This document shows positions 1-13,398 of a DNA stretch of 64,000 nt, one piece after another; the stretch's first letter is position 1, and each line of letters starts with the position of its first letter. The translations under genes and the position numbers were made by a program. The stretch lies in the NCBI GenBank assembly GCA_016748015.1, contig JAAOMT010000227.1, positions 1 to 64,000 of the forward strand, read 5' to 3'. The DNA comes from Geosiphon pyriformis uo1. Its lineage: Eukaryota; Fungi; Glomeromycota. The notes beneath the pieces were generated by a model. That model was not told the DNA's origin. It searched no databases and saw nothing but the letters and a program-made list of their open reading frames with translations.

Positions 1-94
1 CTAACCCTAACCCTAACCCTAACCCTAACCCTAACCCTAACCCTAACCCTAACCCTAACCCTAACCCTAACCCTAACCCTAACCCTAACCCTAA
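1..94. repeat. Canonical telomeric repeat (CCCTAA)n, i.e. TTAGGG on the minus strand; left chromosome end
   Basis: Perfect CCCTAA hexamers from base 1 to 94. Confidence 0.97.
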
Positions 95-480
95 CCCTAT
101 CCCTATCCCTATCCCTATCCCTATCCCTATCCCTATCCCTATCCCTATCCCTATCCCTATCCCTATCCCTATCCCTATCCCTATCCCTATCCCTATCCCT
201 ATCCCTAACCCTATCCCTATCCCTATAAATATCCCTATAAATATCCCTATCCCTAACCCTATCCCTAACCCTAACCCTATCCCTAACCCTAACCCTATCC
301 CTAACCCTATCCCTAACCCTAACCCTATCCCTATCCCTATCCCTATCCCTATCCCTATCCCTATCCCTATCCCTATCCCTATCCCTATCCCTATCCCTAT
401 CCCTATCCTTATCCCTATTCTTATCCCTATCCCTATTCCTATCCCTATCCCTATCTCTATCCCTATCTCTATCCCTATCC
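95..480. repeat. Proximal telomere-variant array (CCCTAT)n
   Basis: About 64 hexamers, mostly CCCTAT, with interspersed CCCTAA at ~203-320, two CCCTATAAATAT units at ~221-244, and C>T-degenerate units (CCTTAT, TCCTAT, CTCTAT) nearest the junction. Confidence 0.95.
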
Positions 481-3400
481 CACTAAGCTGTTTCTATGTC
501 TATGAATTTGGATAAACTGTTAGATACACAGTTAAATTTTCTTTATAAACAGACAAATAGAAATTGTTAGAAGTTTAATGTTAAAAATGCTGGTGAAACA
601 AAGTGGTGTAGGTTTAAAAAGCCTACAGTAACTAATACAGCATTGTTTTTTAATAAGTTTGTTGTTTCTAAGGAGTTTTTGGATTTAAATGCTATGTGGA
701 ATGTTGTTCACAAAATAATATGTCTTTTAGTGAATGAAATCTTCAAGAAAAAGTGGTTTAAAAATTATGATGGTGTCTTCATCAAGTAATTTTTTAAGTT
801 TTATAAACTAGAAATTTTAGTGTTGAGAATTGTCAAGTCTTTATATAAGGGTGTTGAAGGTATTTTTGAATCTTTAATGAACTGTTGGACATTGATAAGG
901 CTCTGTTTGTTCAGGCTCTGTTTGTTCAGGCTCTGTTGGATTCTAGTACAGATCTTAATCATGTACATTTGGCTCTTTTTAGTATAAGGAAATCATATTG
1001 TGTCTTCAAGTTTGCTGAGTTTTTGCAGACTAAGAAGTCTTGGATAAAGTCAGCTATTAATAAATAAATAGAAAGTTTTGCCATTAATAAGGGTTATACA
1101 ATCAGATGTGTGCTGGAGCATCTTTTTTGGAAGGTGGTGTTGGACTATCTGGTCATTGAAAATGAACTGATTTTGGAGTCTAATCTGATTAAGACCAAGA
1201 TGGATGGGATTATGAAGAGCTAAACTAGGAAGCATAAAGTAATGGCAGATTTATCTGATGATTAATCTTATTAATATTGGTCTTTAGAGTACATTTTTGA
1301 TAAGGCTTTTTCAGGTGTAATGTGTTTAGTTGGTTTCAATGAGTTGTTTAGTATGGTTTCTATTCTGCTTAATGATAAAGCTGCTGTTTTTTCTGGAGTT
1401 TCAAATAAACTTTAGAAGCACTATGACAAATTGGTCTTAGATATGCTTTTAATATTTTTGAATTTTTGTTTGTCTTATAAATTGGTGTCTAGTGCTTGGA
1501 AAAAAACTTGGATCTCGATGATTTCCAAGTTTTATCAGTAGGAGGGAGTTTTTACAAATATTCATTTTATTGCTTTAATTAAAACTGTTTGTAAGATTCC
1601 CTCCAAGATTTTCTCAGACATAATCTCTTTGGCATGTAGTGCTTATGTATTACAAAAGAATAATTTCTTGGTTTTAAAAGATACAATAATACAATCTCTT
1701 ATTTTTGCTGTTGGTTTAGTTATTGGGGATGCTTTAGAAAAGGACTGTGAACTCTGGCTGGTCTTATAAGACATGCAAAAAGCCTATAATTTTGTTAAAT
1801 AAGAGCATCTTAGGAAAAGCTTGGTCAAAATAAAGATGTGTGACAAATTTATTAGATTTTTTGGTAATATTTACAATAATTGTGTTAACAGAGTTATAAC
1901 TGATTTTGGGTTGATAGATAAATATTAAGTGCATAATAGTTTGGATTAAGATGAGATGTTCTTACTTCTTTTTTGGTACATATTTTATAATTCTTTTTTA
2001 TGTAAAGTTAAGAGACAAGAAAGTATGTTTGGATATAAATTGAATTCTCATTTTATTGCCAGAACTGGTTGTATAAAATTTTAGGCTAAATTAACATTTT
2101 TTCTTGCTACTAAAGCTTTTGTCAATGATACAATCTGAGTTGGTAACAGTCAGACTACAATACAACACATTCTTAATGTTGCTAGTGAATTTTTTAGAAT
2201 TAATGATATTTTCATTAATAATGATAAGACAGTAGCTATTCTTATCAATTGCAGAGTTGAATGCCCTTTTTTGTTAATCTGTAATTTGTCTATTTTTATT
2301 GCCAAGAAAAAGAAGTTTTATTATTATCTGGATATTTTTTTGTTCACCAAAGATTTGTCAAAGTCTAGTTTGGCTAAGACATATTCAAATGTCAGGTTTT
2401 TTGCCAATCTCATATTAAAGAAAATCATTTCAGATAAATAGTTCTCATATTTGGTATTAGCTGTTCTCTATTCTATTGTCAATTACAAAATACAGTTTAG
2501 TTTTGTTCCTATTGGAGTGTGTAAAAAGTGGGATGCTTTGATTTACAAGAGCTTAAAATTGAAATTTGGTCTGTTTTTTAACTTTTCCAGCAATAGGTTG
2601 TACTATTTTTTATTATATGGTTTAAAAATTTTTGAACAAGTTCAGACTGAGAGCAAAATGGCTTCTGTTAAGTGGTTTGCAAACTCTGTTGAAATTTTGG
2701 GTTGTTTGTTTTCATACAGGTTTTTTGTTTTGCAGGCTTTAAGTTAGTGTTCACTCTATCTTTTAAGTTCTTCAGTTTGTATTAAGATCAATTCGTTTAA
2801 TAACTTTTTGGTGAGCATGGTTTGTATTTTTCTTAGGTACAATTTGTCTTTGAGTGGTTCAATGGTTAGTTTTTTTTATTTTTGGAATAAAACTTCTATG
2901 TTAATTGTTTTTGTTGAGTATTAATTTTTTAAGTTTTTTTTTTCACTTTGGCGATATAACATAGCTTTTGTGGAGCAGCTTTGTAGTCAAAAGGGTGCTG
3001 TTTTTGATTAGAAAACCTTTAAGCATTGAAAAAAACTGGATCCACATGGCCTTGTTTCTGATTGGTTTAAGTTTTCTGTGGATTTTCTTAATAGTATGAC
3101 TTTTTTTCCTACTGGTTCTTCTTTTTTGAATGGTTTTGAACTTTTAAATATTCTGAAGTCTAATGAGTTTAAGCATGTTTATGATTATTTATTAGATATT
3201 ACAGCTGACAGTCTTTTTGTCTATACAGATAGATCTTTGAGAAACTTGGAGAGTGCTAATGTGAGGGCTGAAACAATGGTTTTTTTTAAGGATGTAAACT
3301 TGAGTTTGAGAATTAAGATTTTTGGTCTGTTATCTTCTACTTTGGCAGAGCTACAAGTCATTGTATTGGCTCTTGAATGTGTTCTTTTTCTTAGCTTAGT

Positions 3401-4640
3401 TTGGCTTTTTATAAACAATTAGACTGTCTTAAATGCATGCAAGTTGGAATTAAATCTGGTACATTCAGATTTTCAGAATTGATGTTGGATTGAACATTGA
3501 CACATTGTAAACATTATTAGAGAAAAGAATTTAAATATTAGTTGGTGTAAAGTTAAAAGTTATTTGGGTATCTTAAGTAATGAATATGTTAATGCACTTG
3601 TCAACACTGGTTTTTTTTCTTTCTGGTGTTTTTCTTTTAATGTAAAAGAACATTGTATTTTGGCTGAGAGTAGTGTTGTTTTTGACAATTCTAGATATTT
3701 TGTTCATAGAATTTTTTAGTCTATTAATCATACATACTGGAAGGTTGGTTTTGAATTTAAAATTTTAAATAATAGTTTGTTTTTAGATATTAATTGGCCT
3801 AGCTCATTTTTGATATGGCAACCCAACTTACATATAATTGTTGGTTTCACTAGTAAGATTATTGTTGGTGCTTATACATACTTCATGAAAACTTTGTATT
3901 ATCAATTGCCAGTTGTTGTTCGAAAGCACCTATATGACAAGTATTACCTTAATGTATTGTGTTTGTATTGTAGTAATATTGAGGTTTCAGATTATGTTTT
4001 TTTTGTGTAGTTGATGATTTAGTTCATTATCATTTATTGAAAGCCCATACAACTATTTAGTATATACTTTCTGGTTTTTTTTTTCCTTTTTATGTGTGTC
4101 TCAATTGTTATTCTCTTGTGTTTCAAATGTTGCAGTGTGTACAGCTCTTTGCAAGGGCTTTGTCTTTAGAAATTGGCTTCAAAAGACTGCATCTGTATTT
4201 AAAGATTTCAAAGTTGTGAATTAGAAGATCATAAACTTTATGCATGGTTTTTGTCTTGCTTTAAAAAGGAGATTTGGTTGGTTTGCACTAAACATCATGC
4301 TTTTATGAGAAAAAATGAGCTTATATTATGTGATGATTTAATTTTAAGATTGGTTTTTGGGCTGTCTTCATTATTTTCTACTGGTGTGATTAAATTGCTA
4401 AGTATTGATAAGGCATTTGGTATTGTTTTTGGGTTTTGGAAGTCTTGTTTGTTTTTTTCAGATCTTGGGAACTCTGTCTCCATTTATATAGGTGCTTAAT
4501 ATTGTCTTGATTAGCTTAAATGGCTGGTTATATATAGAAAATACATGATTCACATCTAGTTTAGATTGATTATTTGATATATTATACTAAGTAGTATTTG
4601 AATCTTACTCATTAAAAATAAAATAAAAATAAAAAAAATA
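481..4640 (+). mobile_element. Degenerate 5'-truncated non-LTR retrotransposon (LINE copy 1): end of APE endonuclease, RT, RNase H, Cys/His C-terminus, 3' UTR, (TAAAA)n tail
   Basis: RT remnants LVL*DMQKAYNFV (~1760-1795) and AFVNDTI*VG (~2115); RNase H remnants VYTDRSL..SSTLAELQVIVLAL..KVKSYLGILSNEYVN (3200-3600); LCLYC..E..YVF near 3960. Colinear with 58301-62240, including the 3' UTR and A-rich tail. Many stop codons. Confidence 0.9.
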
Positions 4641-5149
4641 AATTTAATATTAATATAATATTAAAAAAACTAAATTATTTTTAAGTAAATTTATTTTTTA
4701 ATAATGAAAATATAATAATATTAAATTATATAAATTGAGTTTTTTTTTAAATTTTTTTAATTTAGCTTAATTATTTTTTAACTTAAATAGTTAATTATAT
4801 ATAAAAAGTATATAAATTAAATTATTTAAATATTATATTATACTAAATAGCAATTAAATTTTATTTTGTTAAAATAAATAAAAGTATTTTATTTTTATTA
4901 TAATTAATATTTTTTTTAAAAACAACTAATTAATAAAAAAATAACAAAAAAAATATTAAAATTAAAAAAACATAAAAAACTTAATTGTAAATTTCTTAAT
5001 AATTTTAAAAATTAATTATTTAAAAATTATTATATTAAACTATATTATTAAATATTTTATTACACTAGTATTAAAACTTTAATTTTAACAATATTAATAA
5101 AATTTTTAATTATTAAAATATATGTTTTATTAAATATATATACTTATTA

Positions 5150-6385
5150 TCAAATTTATATAATAAAAAATTAAATTAAAAAATAATAATATTAAACATA
5201 ATAGAAATAGATTAGGTTTTTTTGTTAAACTTAATGTTGATTGTTTTGTTTTATTTATGACTATAAATGATTAAAACAATAATATTTTTCTGAAAAAAAT
5301 GGTCATTAATTTGGCTAATAATTATAATAATTATTATTTTTAAGTAATAGTATTTTAAAAAGCAGTATTTATTGTTAAAATAAGATTTATAAATAGTGTT
5401 CTGTATTTTTTCAATAATTTAGGCTAAAAATTTCTGTTGAAATCATAAAAATAAAATTTTTTAGAAGTTTTTGGAGTTTTAAGTTAAAATTTAATAAATT
5501 AATTAAGTATTATATTACTTTTTAGAATCTAAGAATATAACAATATTATAGATAATAAAAATTTTAACTTTTTGCTAACAGTAAATTGTAATTTTTTTGT
5601 TTAAATTGTTGTTTAATATTACTTTCTGTATCTAATTTGAATTTTTTAGGAGTTTTAATATTGTGGTTTTTTTTTAAGCTATAAGTAATAATTTTGTGTA
5701 TATAATTTAATTTTTTGTTAATAAAAAGAAGAATTTCTGTAGCTGCTTTTTTGGTAATTAAAATTGAATATAATAGTAGATTTTAATAAATCTGTTTTTC
5801 GAGTTTTTAATATCTATTGTTTGCTTAGATAATAGTTGATTTTGGCATATTATAATACAAAAAATCACTTTTAGTTACAAATATTTTTTTCTGAAATTTC
5901 TAAATTTTTCAAAAATATTAATATAATGCTTTTCTAAAAGACAAAATTTTTTTTTAACTGTTTTAATAGTTACTACTTTGTAAGTTTTTTGAATATTTTG
6001 TCTTTAAATTTTATAATTTCACAGAAAACACTAAATATTATAAGTAAATTTAGTAAGATATGTTTATAACATTTGGCATTCATAATTTGATAATAAAAGT
6101 CAGTTAAATATAAATAAATTGGTTTTGTTGATTAAATTGATTATTATTTTTTGAAAAATTTTTGTTTGGAGTTCTATTTATTGAGTTTTTTGTTATAAAA
6201 CACAAAAACGTTGTTACTTTAAATATAAAGTTATAGTTAATGTTTTTTTTCGAGTTAATAAGCACAGTTACTAAGGTTTAGTATTGTTTTTTTGCTTTTT
6301 TAATAAACTAACAAAATAAAATTAAAATTTAAACCTAAAAAAAGCTTTTTTTTAGCAAGTTATTACAAAGTTTATTCTCAAACAC
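5150..6385 (-). pseudogene. Very degenerate relic, probably the gag region of an older Gypsy element
   Basis: Strand-biased composition and weak local similarity to the gag regions of elements A and C; no clean motif recoverable. Confidence 0.3.
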
Positions 6386-7154
6386 TGTTACAGAAAGGTT
6401 TTTTTGGTATATTTTAATTGTTGATATCCCGTTTTAATTGCAATCAGTTTTTTATGAGTTCCTCGATTTTATGTATTGGATATTAATGATAATGTACTAA
6501 AAATTTTCTCTTAATGTTGTGATATAAGTCTTTTCTTTAATTCTAGTTGTTTTTGTATGTTGTGTACTCTTTCCCAGAGGCTAATCTGAAATCTATCTAC
6601 TGTCTGGGGTCTTCTCTGAGGCTATTCTTGCAATTGTCTGATGCATTTTTCTAATTTAAAAACATGGAATGTTAATAGCTTTTTCATGATTTCTCTAAAT
6701 ATATAATAAAGCTTTTTCAATTTAATTAGCAACTACATGAATAATCTTGATCAGAGATTATTCTTCCAAAGGGTTCAAAGATGGAATAATAGTTTCATTC
6801 ATTAGAAAGGGTATGGGAACTCTATTGTTAATCTTGTAATTGTGATGTTAATTCAATTTATTATTTTTATTAATTCTTTTTGAATATGATTTTATTTAAA
6901 TATTTGTTGCTTTGAGTTGAAGCTGTTTTTTTTTTCATCATTAAAAACTATTGTATATATATATAATTATTGTTTACAAAATAATATCTTGTAATACTCT
7001 ATTTCTGTTATTTTTAAATAGTGCTTGCTGCTATTATATGGTAGTGCTTACTGTTATTTGTAAATCATTTCTTTTTATAAATTGTTGCTGTGCTATTTCA
7101 TGATTGGCTAATTTATATTATTTATAATTCCTATTAAATTCTTGAACTGTAACA
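6386..7154 (-). repeat. 3' LTR of element A
   Basis: TGTTA...TAACA termini; direct repeat of 13399-14194. Confidence 0.92.
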
Positions 7155-7500
7155 TTATCCCTTCCTTTCAAGATTAAATTTGTTGAAATCAAAGTTAATT
7201 TCTTCATTGATTTCTATATTACTATAATAATTTAATACTGTATTATTAATTTGTTGTTGTAAATTTTGAAATTGTAAATTGGTTAATCGTCCAATGCTAT
7301 TAATTGTTATAAGATTCATAGTTGGATCCAATAGTACTTTGTAACAGTTTTTGAAAGTTTTAAAAATTCTGTGAACAGCTTTTATATGAAATATATTGTT
7401 GGTTTTTCCAATAAAACTTTCCAATTGTTGTATTATTGTTTTGCTAAATACTTTGACTGAATCTTTTAAGTATAATGTTTTAATAATTTCTGAAACTTAA
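7155..7500 (-). pseudogene. C-terminal part of the conserved 3' accessory ORF (ORF3) of element A
   Basis: ESFIGKTNNIFHIKAVHRIFKTFKNCYKVLLDPTMNLITINSIGRLTNLQFQNL aligns by eye with ORF3 of elements C and D. Confidence 0.75.
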
Positions 7501-7613
7501 TTAGTTCTTTTATTGGTGTGTTTTCATCTAGCTGTAGTGTTCTCAAGTATTGGCTAAGATCTTTGTAAAAGTAATTGTCTATTGTTTATGAATTGGTTGT
7601 TGTTTGATGGTTT

Positions 7614-10600
7614 TTATGTGTGTCTCATTTGCGACAAGCAGTCAGCATTGGCATTTTTGGTACCTTTTTTATATTTAATAATGTATTCATATGGTGCTAA
7701 TATTTTTGCTTATTTTGTGTATTTTCCTGTTAATGTTTTTTTGTTTTTAACCAAACCAATTTTTTGTGATTGGTAGTAATATCAATTGGTTTATAGAGCA
7801 GATATGTTGAAAAGTAAATGCAGCTCCAAACTATAGCTAAGCATTCCAATTCATGAGTTGTGTAGTTTTGTTTTGCTGTACTTAGGCTTCTACTGGCATA
7901 CACAATTACATGTTTTCTTCCATTATCATTTTTTTGAGACAGAATAGCACCAAGTCCAGTTCCAGAGGCATCTATAGCTAAAATGAATTTCTTGTCAAAA
8001 TCCGGGTAGATTATTATTAGAGCTTCAATGAGCTTTTATCTGAGGTAATTAAATGCTTTTTGTTGTGTGTCTGTCTATTCAAACTTTATGTTTTTAGATA
8101 GTAAATAATTAAGAGGCTTGGCAATGTTTGAGAATTTATTTACAAAGTGTTAATAGTAAGATGCAAGTTCTAAAAATCTTCTTACTTCTGTTATGTTCTG
8201 GGATACTGGAAAGTTCTTTACTTTGTCCACTTTTGATGGATCTGGTTTTATTCTATTTTTTCCAACTACATGTCCTAAAAAGGCTAATTTATTTTTTTCA
8301 AAGAAGCATTTTTCTAAGTTTAATTTGAGTCCAACATGTTTTAATCTTTCAAAAACTTGTTGTAAATGTTGTAGATAATCCATGAATGTTGGTGAAAAAA
8401 CATTGATATCATCCAAGTAGACAACAACGAATTGCCATAAAATTCCTGAGTAGATTACATTCATTAGTCATTAAAATGTCACAAGAACATTGGTGAGTCC
8501 AAAGGGCATTACATTCATAATTGCCATTTTGTGTAGTAAATGCTGTTTTATGTCTGTCTTTTGGGTCCATTTCAATCTGCCAGTATCTACTGGTCAAGTC
8601 AAGTATAGAAAACTATTTTGCTTCTTTAAAGATATCAAAGATTTTGTCAATTAACAGTATTGGGTATGAGTTTTTGGTTGTTTTGCTGTTTAGTTTGTGA
8701 TAGTCAACACAAAATCTAATTTTTCTATTTTTTTTTTTACTAAGACAACTGGTAAGAATCATGGGCTTATGGATGGTTGAATTATTCCATTTTGCAGTAT
8801 TCTCTGAACTTTTTCTCAGATGAAATTATGTTCTATGGGTGGAACACAATAAGCACATTGTTTTTCAGCTCTTGCATTACCAGTGGAAATTTGGTGTTGA
8901 ACTAAGTTGGTTCATCCAAATTCACTATCCTGCAAAAATATATCAAAGTATTTCAGAATTAATGCTTTTAGTTAACATTGTTGATTTGGATTTATTGTTC
9001 TAATGCTTAATTTTGTTAATTCTTCAGGTGTAAATTGGTAGCATTCCAATGGTGTTTGCTAATTTATTGATGTCAGTTTACAATACAATATGATTTCTGG
9101 AAAATTCAGAATTTTTTGTGGTATTGACGCATTTTCTAGTTTTGTTCCAAGGTATTCTATGATGGTGTTTTCTGGAATATATATGAGCTCTTCTGTGATA
9201 TTTGTAATAGGAATTTTTATCCATTGTGTTTTGTCAGCTGGAATAAAAAGGTTAGTAAGTTCTATGAGAAACTGTTGGCAAGTTTCTGAGTAGGGCTCAA
9301 ATATTAGATTTATATCTTTTATAGTTCTATTTATTTTAATTTCTGATTTTCCATAAGGCGTGAGTGTGATTGACCACTCATTTTTAATTAATTCATTTTT
9401 CTCCTCTGGTGTTTCAATAAAATTTGTTTTAATTTCTTCTCCTGTTAATCCAAAACCATAAATTCTTTTCATTGTTTGTATCAATTCCTCTCGATTTTCT
9501 GCTAGTACAAAATTTCCAACTTTTACTAATGGCAGGAAAATTGCTTGTGTTATCTTCTTTTTAGATTCAATGATATAAGATTTTTCTGAATTGTTCTGTA
9601 GTAAAACCATCAAATTTCCAGTGTAGCCAGAGTCAATTACTCTTCCTTGAATGCTTATTCTTTTTTTTGCAAGGCTTGATTGTGATGCTATTTGGATTAT
9701 TATTCCTGGCAGAATTTCAACCACTATTTTTAGGTCAATTTTAGTAATACTCCTGAGTGGCAACGTCATGGATTGGTTTTCCAGATACCATAGATCGAAT
9801 CTGACATCAGTTAAATAGGCTTTTTTGGGTACTATTCCTAAGTGCCCATTGTCATAGTACTAGATGCTGATCTCCTGATCTAGATTAGTATAAGTTAAAA
9901 TATTTCTGACTTAGGATTATCAAGTGAGTTTTGTTGATTTATTGATTGATTTTGGTACTGCTGATTCTCAATTTCTATTTTTCTTTCAAAGTTTTTTTCA
10001 TATTGACACTCTTTACAGTATTGTCTTTAGCATGGGATAAGACAGTCTTCGCAAAGATAAATATTGATCTGGATGAGATACTGTTCTTGTTCTTGGCGAG
10101 TGAAACACAGCTGTTAATAATTTTTCTGGAATTTGTCTACTGGGTCGAACATGTTATAGTTGGCGACTTTGTTGGCTATTTTGGCTAATACTTTCCAATG
10201 TCATATTTCTTCAGCAGTTCCTCCTCTTACTTTGGCTTGTGTGGTGTTGTATAACTCATTCTCGTTATATGGGTAGTGCTACAGTCTTCTTAATGCTCTG
10301 TTAAATGCTGCTTCAAATGACATTCCTTCTTTTACTCAGTCACAGATGAGAATCGTGTATTGGCAAGTTGTGTCACACATTTCTCTTCTGTCTGGCATGT
10401 CAATTCAGTTGCATCTTTTTGGTAACAGTTCTCCACAAGCAAGACATGGTTTTCCATTCCATTTTCCATGTTTTCTGGGTAACCGTATTTTTCTTTATTA
10501 CAATGGTTACAATAGTAGTAGATAAAATTTCTTGGGTTTTTGTTCAATATGCTGCATGCAGTTATGAATAAGAGTTTTTTATTGCAAACCAAACATTCTA

Positions 10601-13316
10601 GTTTTGGTTTGTATTGCTGGTGGTTTTTTTGTGGACTTACCTGGTTCTATTTGGATCTTCCTTCACTTCTCCAAGTTGGTATAGCCAATAGTTCTGTTTT
10701 TTGGTTATCAGCCCATAAAAGCTGATAAGTTTTGATGGCTGGTAGGGCTGGATTTTTTTTGAATTTGAAGGTGGGTCTTTGGTTGGTGCTGGCTTTTTGA
10801 AAGTGGCCACATGTGGCTGGAATTCTGGCATGGTGGCCATTATAGCTGATAAAAAGCTCTTGGGTGGTTCAATATAATGTGGCTTTGGCTTTTGTTAACC
10901 AGTCATTCCCTATTAATGCTTGATATTGTGTAACATTCATAACTAATACTTTTGTAAGTATTATTATACCATTAATTCCAAAAGGGAATGAGTTGATTTT
11001 GCCATGATGCAGCTTGGTACTTTCATCGGCTGTTATAATTTGGGACGTCATGGTGCAATCAACTTTAAAACCCAGTTGATTTATTAGTTGAAGCATTACA
11101 ATGCTTCTGGCAGATCCACTGTCTAAGATAAATTTAATTGACATGTTGTTTATTTTTGCTTCCATGTACATAGCAGTAATTGGGCATTCCTTGTCCAATG
11201 TTGTTTCACTAAACATAGCCTCTTTTTTCTCTAATTCAAAAGAAAAAATAGCTGTAAAGCTGCTATCTTCCATGACAACAGCTGGTAGTATTGTTTGAAT
11301 CAAGTTCTGGCTATTGGTAATATTTTTGGTTCCAGGTACATTATCATTAATATTTCCAAGATTTAAGTTTTCTGATATATTAAGGTAAGTTGGCTGAAAA
11401 TTTGGGTAGTTTGGGTAGTTTGCATTTGTTTGCTGATTAGGTTCTATGCAATTAAGATTTCTAGTAATAATCACATTTTGACTTAATACTGGCTGGCTTC
11501 AAAACTCTGGACACCAGTTTGGATTTAAAATCCCTAATCATTGCTGGTAAGTTCCTTGATTTTGGTACATCGTGAGGTATTGATGTGGTATTAGCATGTA
11601 TTGATTTCTGAGCATTTGGGGGGGCATGTAATAATTATTTTTGTGTGCCTTTTGCATTATTTGCATTTGACATTGGCTAATCAAATGTCCTATGCATTTG
11701 TAAAAATGGCAGACATGTGTTTCTGTTCTAAAGTCCTGACACAATGAGTGATTATTTTGGCTGCTACTAAATTTCTGGTTGTGTCTTTGAGGTGTTTGGT
11801 ATGTGTTATTTTTTCCTGGGTCTGAGATGAGGTAATTTTCTATTTTCTTAAAGAGTTTTTCCCCTAATTGTGTTATTCTCTTTTCTAACATTTCTGTCTT
11901 GTTTTCCTTTATTACCATGTTAACTATTTGACTATGGTTAGCTTTTTTCTTAACTGATTCAAGAGCTTTGGCAAGCGTAACAGCTTCTGGTAATAAATCA
12001 GGATGGACAGGGCATACTCTTCCTAAAATACTGCTTTTTAATCCTCTAATAAATTAATTTAAAACCTGAAGATTGGTATAGTATTCTTGCTCAATTGCTT
12101 CAATCTAACAGTGAATTTGATTAAATCAAGCAAGATATTGGGTAACAGTTTCACCTGTTCCTTGCTTGATAGTATTGAATTTGTTTTGTAGTTGAATTAT
12201 GGCATTTGGATCACTGAATACTTCAAGAGCATGTCTTTGAATTGGGTGAAGCTTATGGGTTTTGTTTTTAAACTTTGATACCACAAGTCAGCAGTTTCTT
12301 TTAAAAAGAAAGGTAATATTTGAATTGCTTTTTGATCATTCTAGTTATTTGTCTGAATGGCTTTTTGTGCTTTTCTAAGCCATATATGCACATCTGTTTC
12401 TTCTTTTCTCCTGAGAAATTTGTTAATTGTGTAATATATGGTGTGGTTATTTTGTCATTGTTTTCTGCTGGTGGGTTTATTAGTCTGAGATAAGTGAAGA
12501 TGATATTTTCTTGTACGTTCCTAAAGGTAGCTTCTTTTATATCTAGTTCTTCTTCTTGGTTTTTAGATTGATTGCTTGATCTGGTAACTGGTTTTGTTCT
12601 TGGTTCCTTGATAGGTTTTTCGGTTTCCAATTCAGACTTCTCTTCACAATTTTCAAACTCTGCTTCAAAATTTGGCTGGAATAATGGTGTTTTAAAAAGT
12701 GATGAATATCTTCTTGTTATTGGTATATTTCTTCAATTACATTGTTTAAGTTTATCAGTATAATTAGGAGTTTTTGGCATTTGTGAAGTTGATATTGATG
12801 TTGATGATGATGCAGCTTCTAATGGAATTTGTATTTTATTTTCTGGTGAAAAATGGTATGATTTATTCTCTGATGAATAGATATGTTGTTTCTTTAATGA
12901 TTGCATGACAGTTTTCTTTGGTGTTTAAGCAGATGTTTCTAGTTTTTGCTAGTTACTTTCTTAATTAGTTTCTAAATTTTCTTTGGCTTGTTGGTGCATT
13001 CCTTAGTGTTTCTTGTGGATATTAGAAAATTTTTGTTAGCATATTGCTTAATTTTGCGATGGATTTTGACAATAGTTGTGGCTATTACTGCTACTTCCTT
13101 TGTAGTGTATTGTGATAATTCTCTATACAATCCAAGTTTTGTATTATGTGGTTCTTCTTCTTTTTCTATGTAGTAATTTATTCTGGTGTTGATATAATAA
13201 GTGAGAGCAGATTCTGTTGGACAACACCCTTCTGGTAATTCAAGATTACTTTGATTTTGTGTGTAAATAGCATGACAGAATTCAAGAACAGTAAGAGTAG
13301 GGGTTTTTGTTACCAC
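7614..13316 (-). pseudogene. Element A gag-protease-Cys-rich-dUTPase-RT-RNase H frame (disrupted)
   Basis: ORF fragments 12972-13316, 11538-11918 (zinc knuckle CHFYKCIGH), 10869-11474 (protease), 9059-9769 (dUTPase) and 8150-8464 (RT); terminal TAA at 7616-7614. Confidence 0.88.
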
Positions 13317-13398
13317 TTTTGTTTCTTCCTTTTTAGCAATGAATTATTGCTAATTATTATTTTTTTTTGATTTTTTTTTTCTCATAGAGTTCACTAAA

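Noticed and set aside
895-940. 15-bp tandem duplication GGCTCTGTTTGTTCA in LINE copy 1
   Set aside because: Local slippage in a dead element; absent from copy 2; no function implied.
481-4640. Telomere-specialised retrotransposon (HeT-A/TART, SART/TRAS or MoTeR-like), since the LINE has its 5' end toward the terminus
   Set aside because: It is a single decayed copy with no telomeric repeats at its 3' junction, and the same family occurs internally at 45.7 and 58.3 kb; breakage and healing is simpler.
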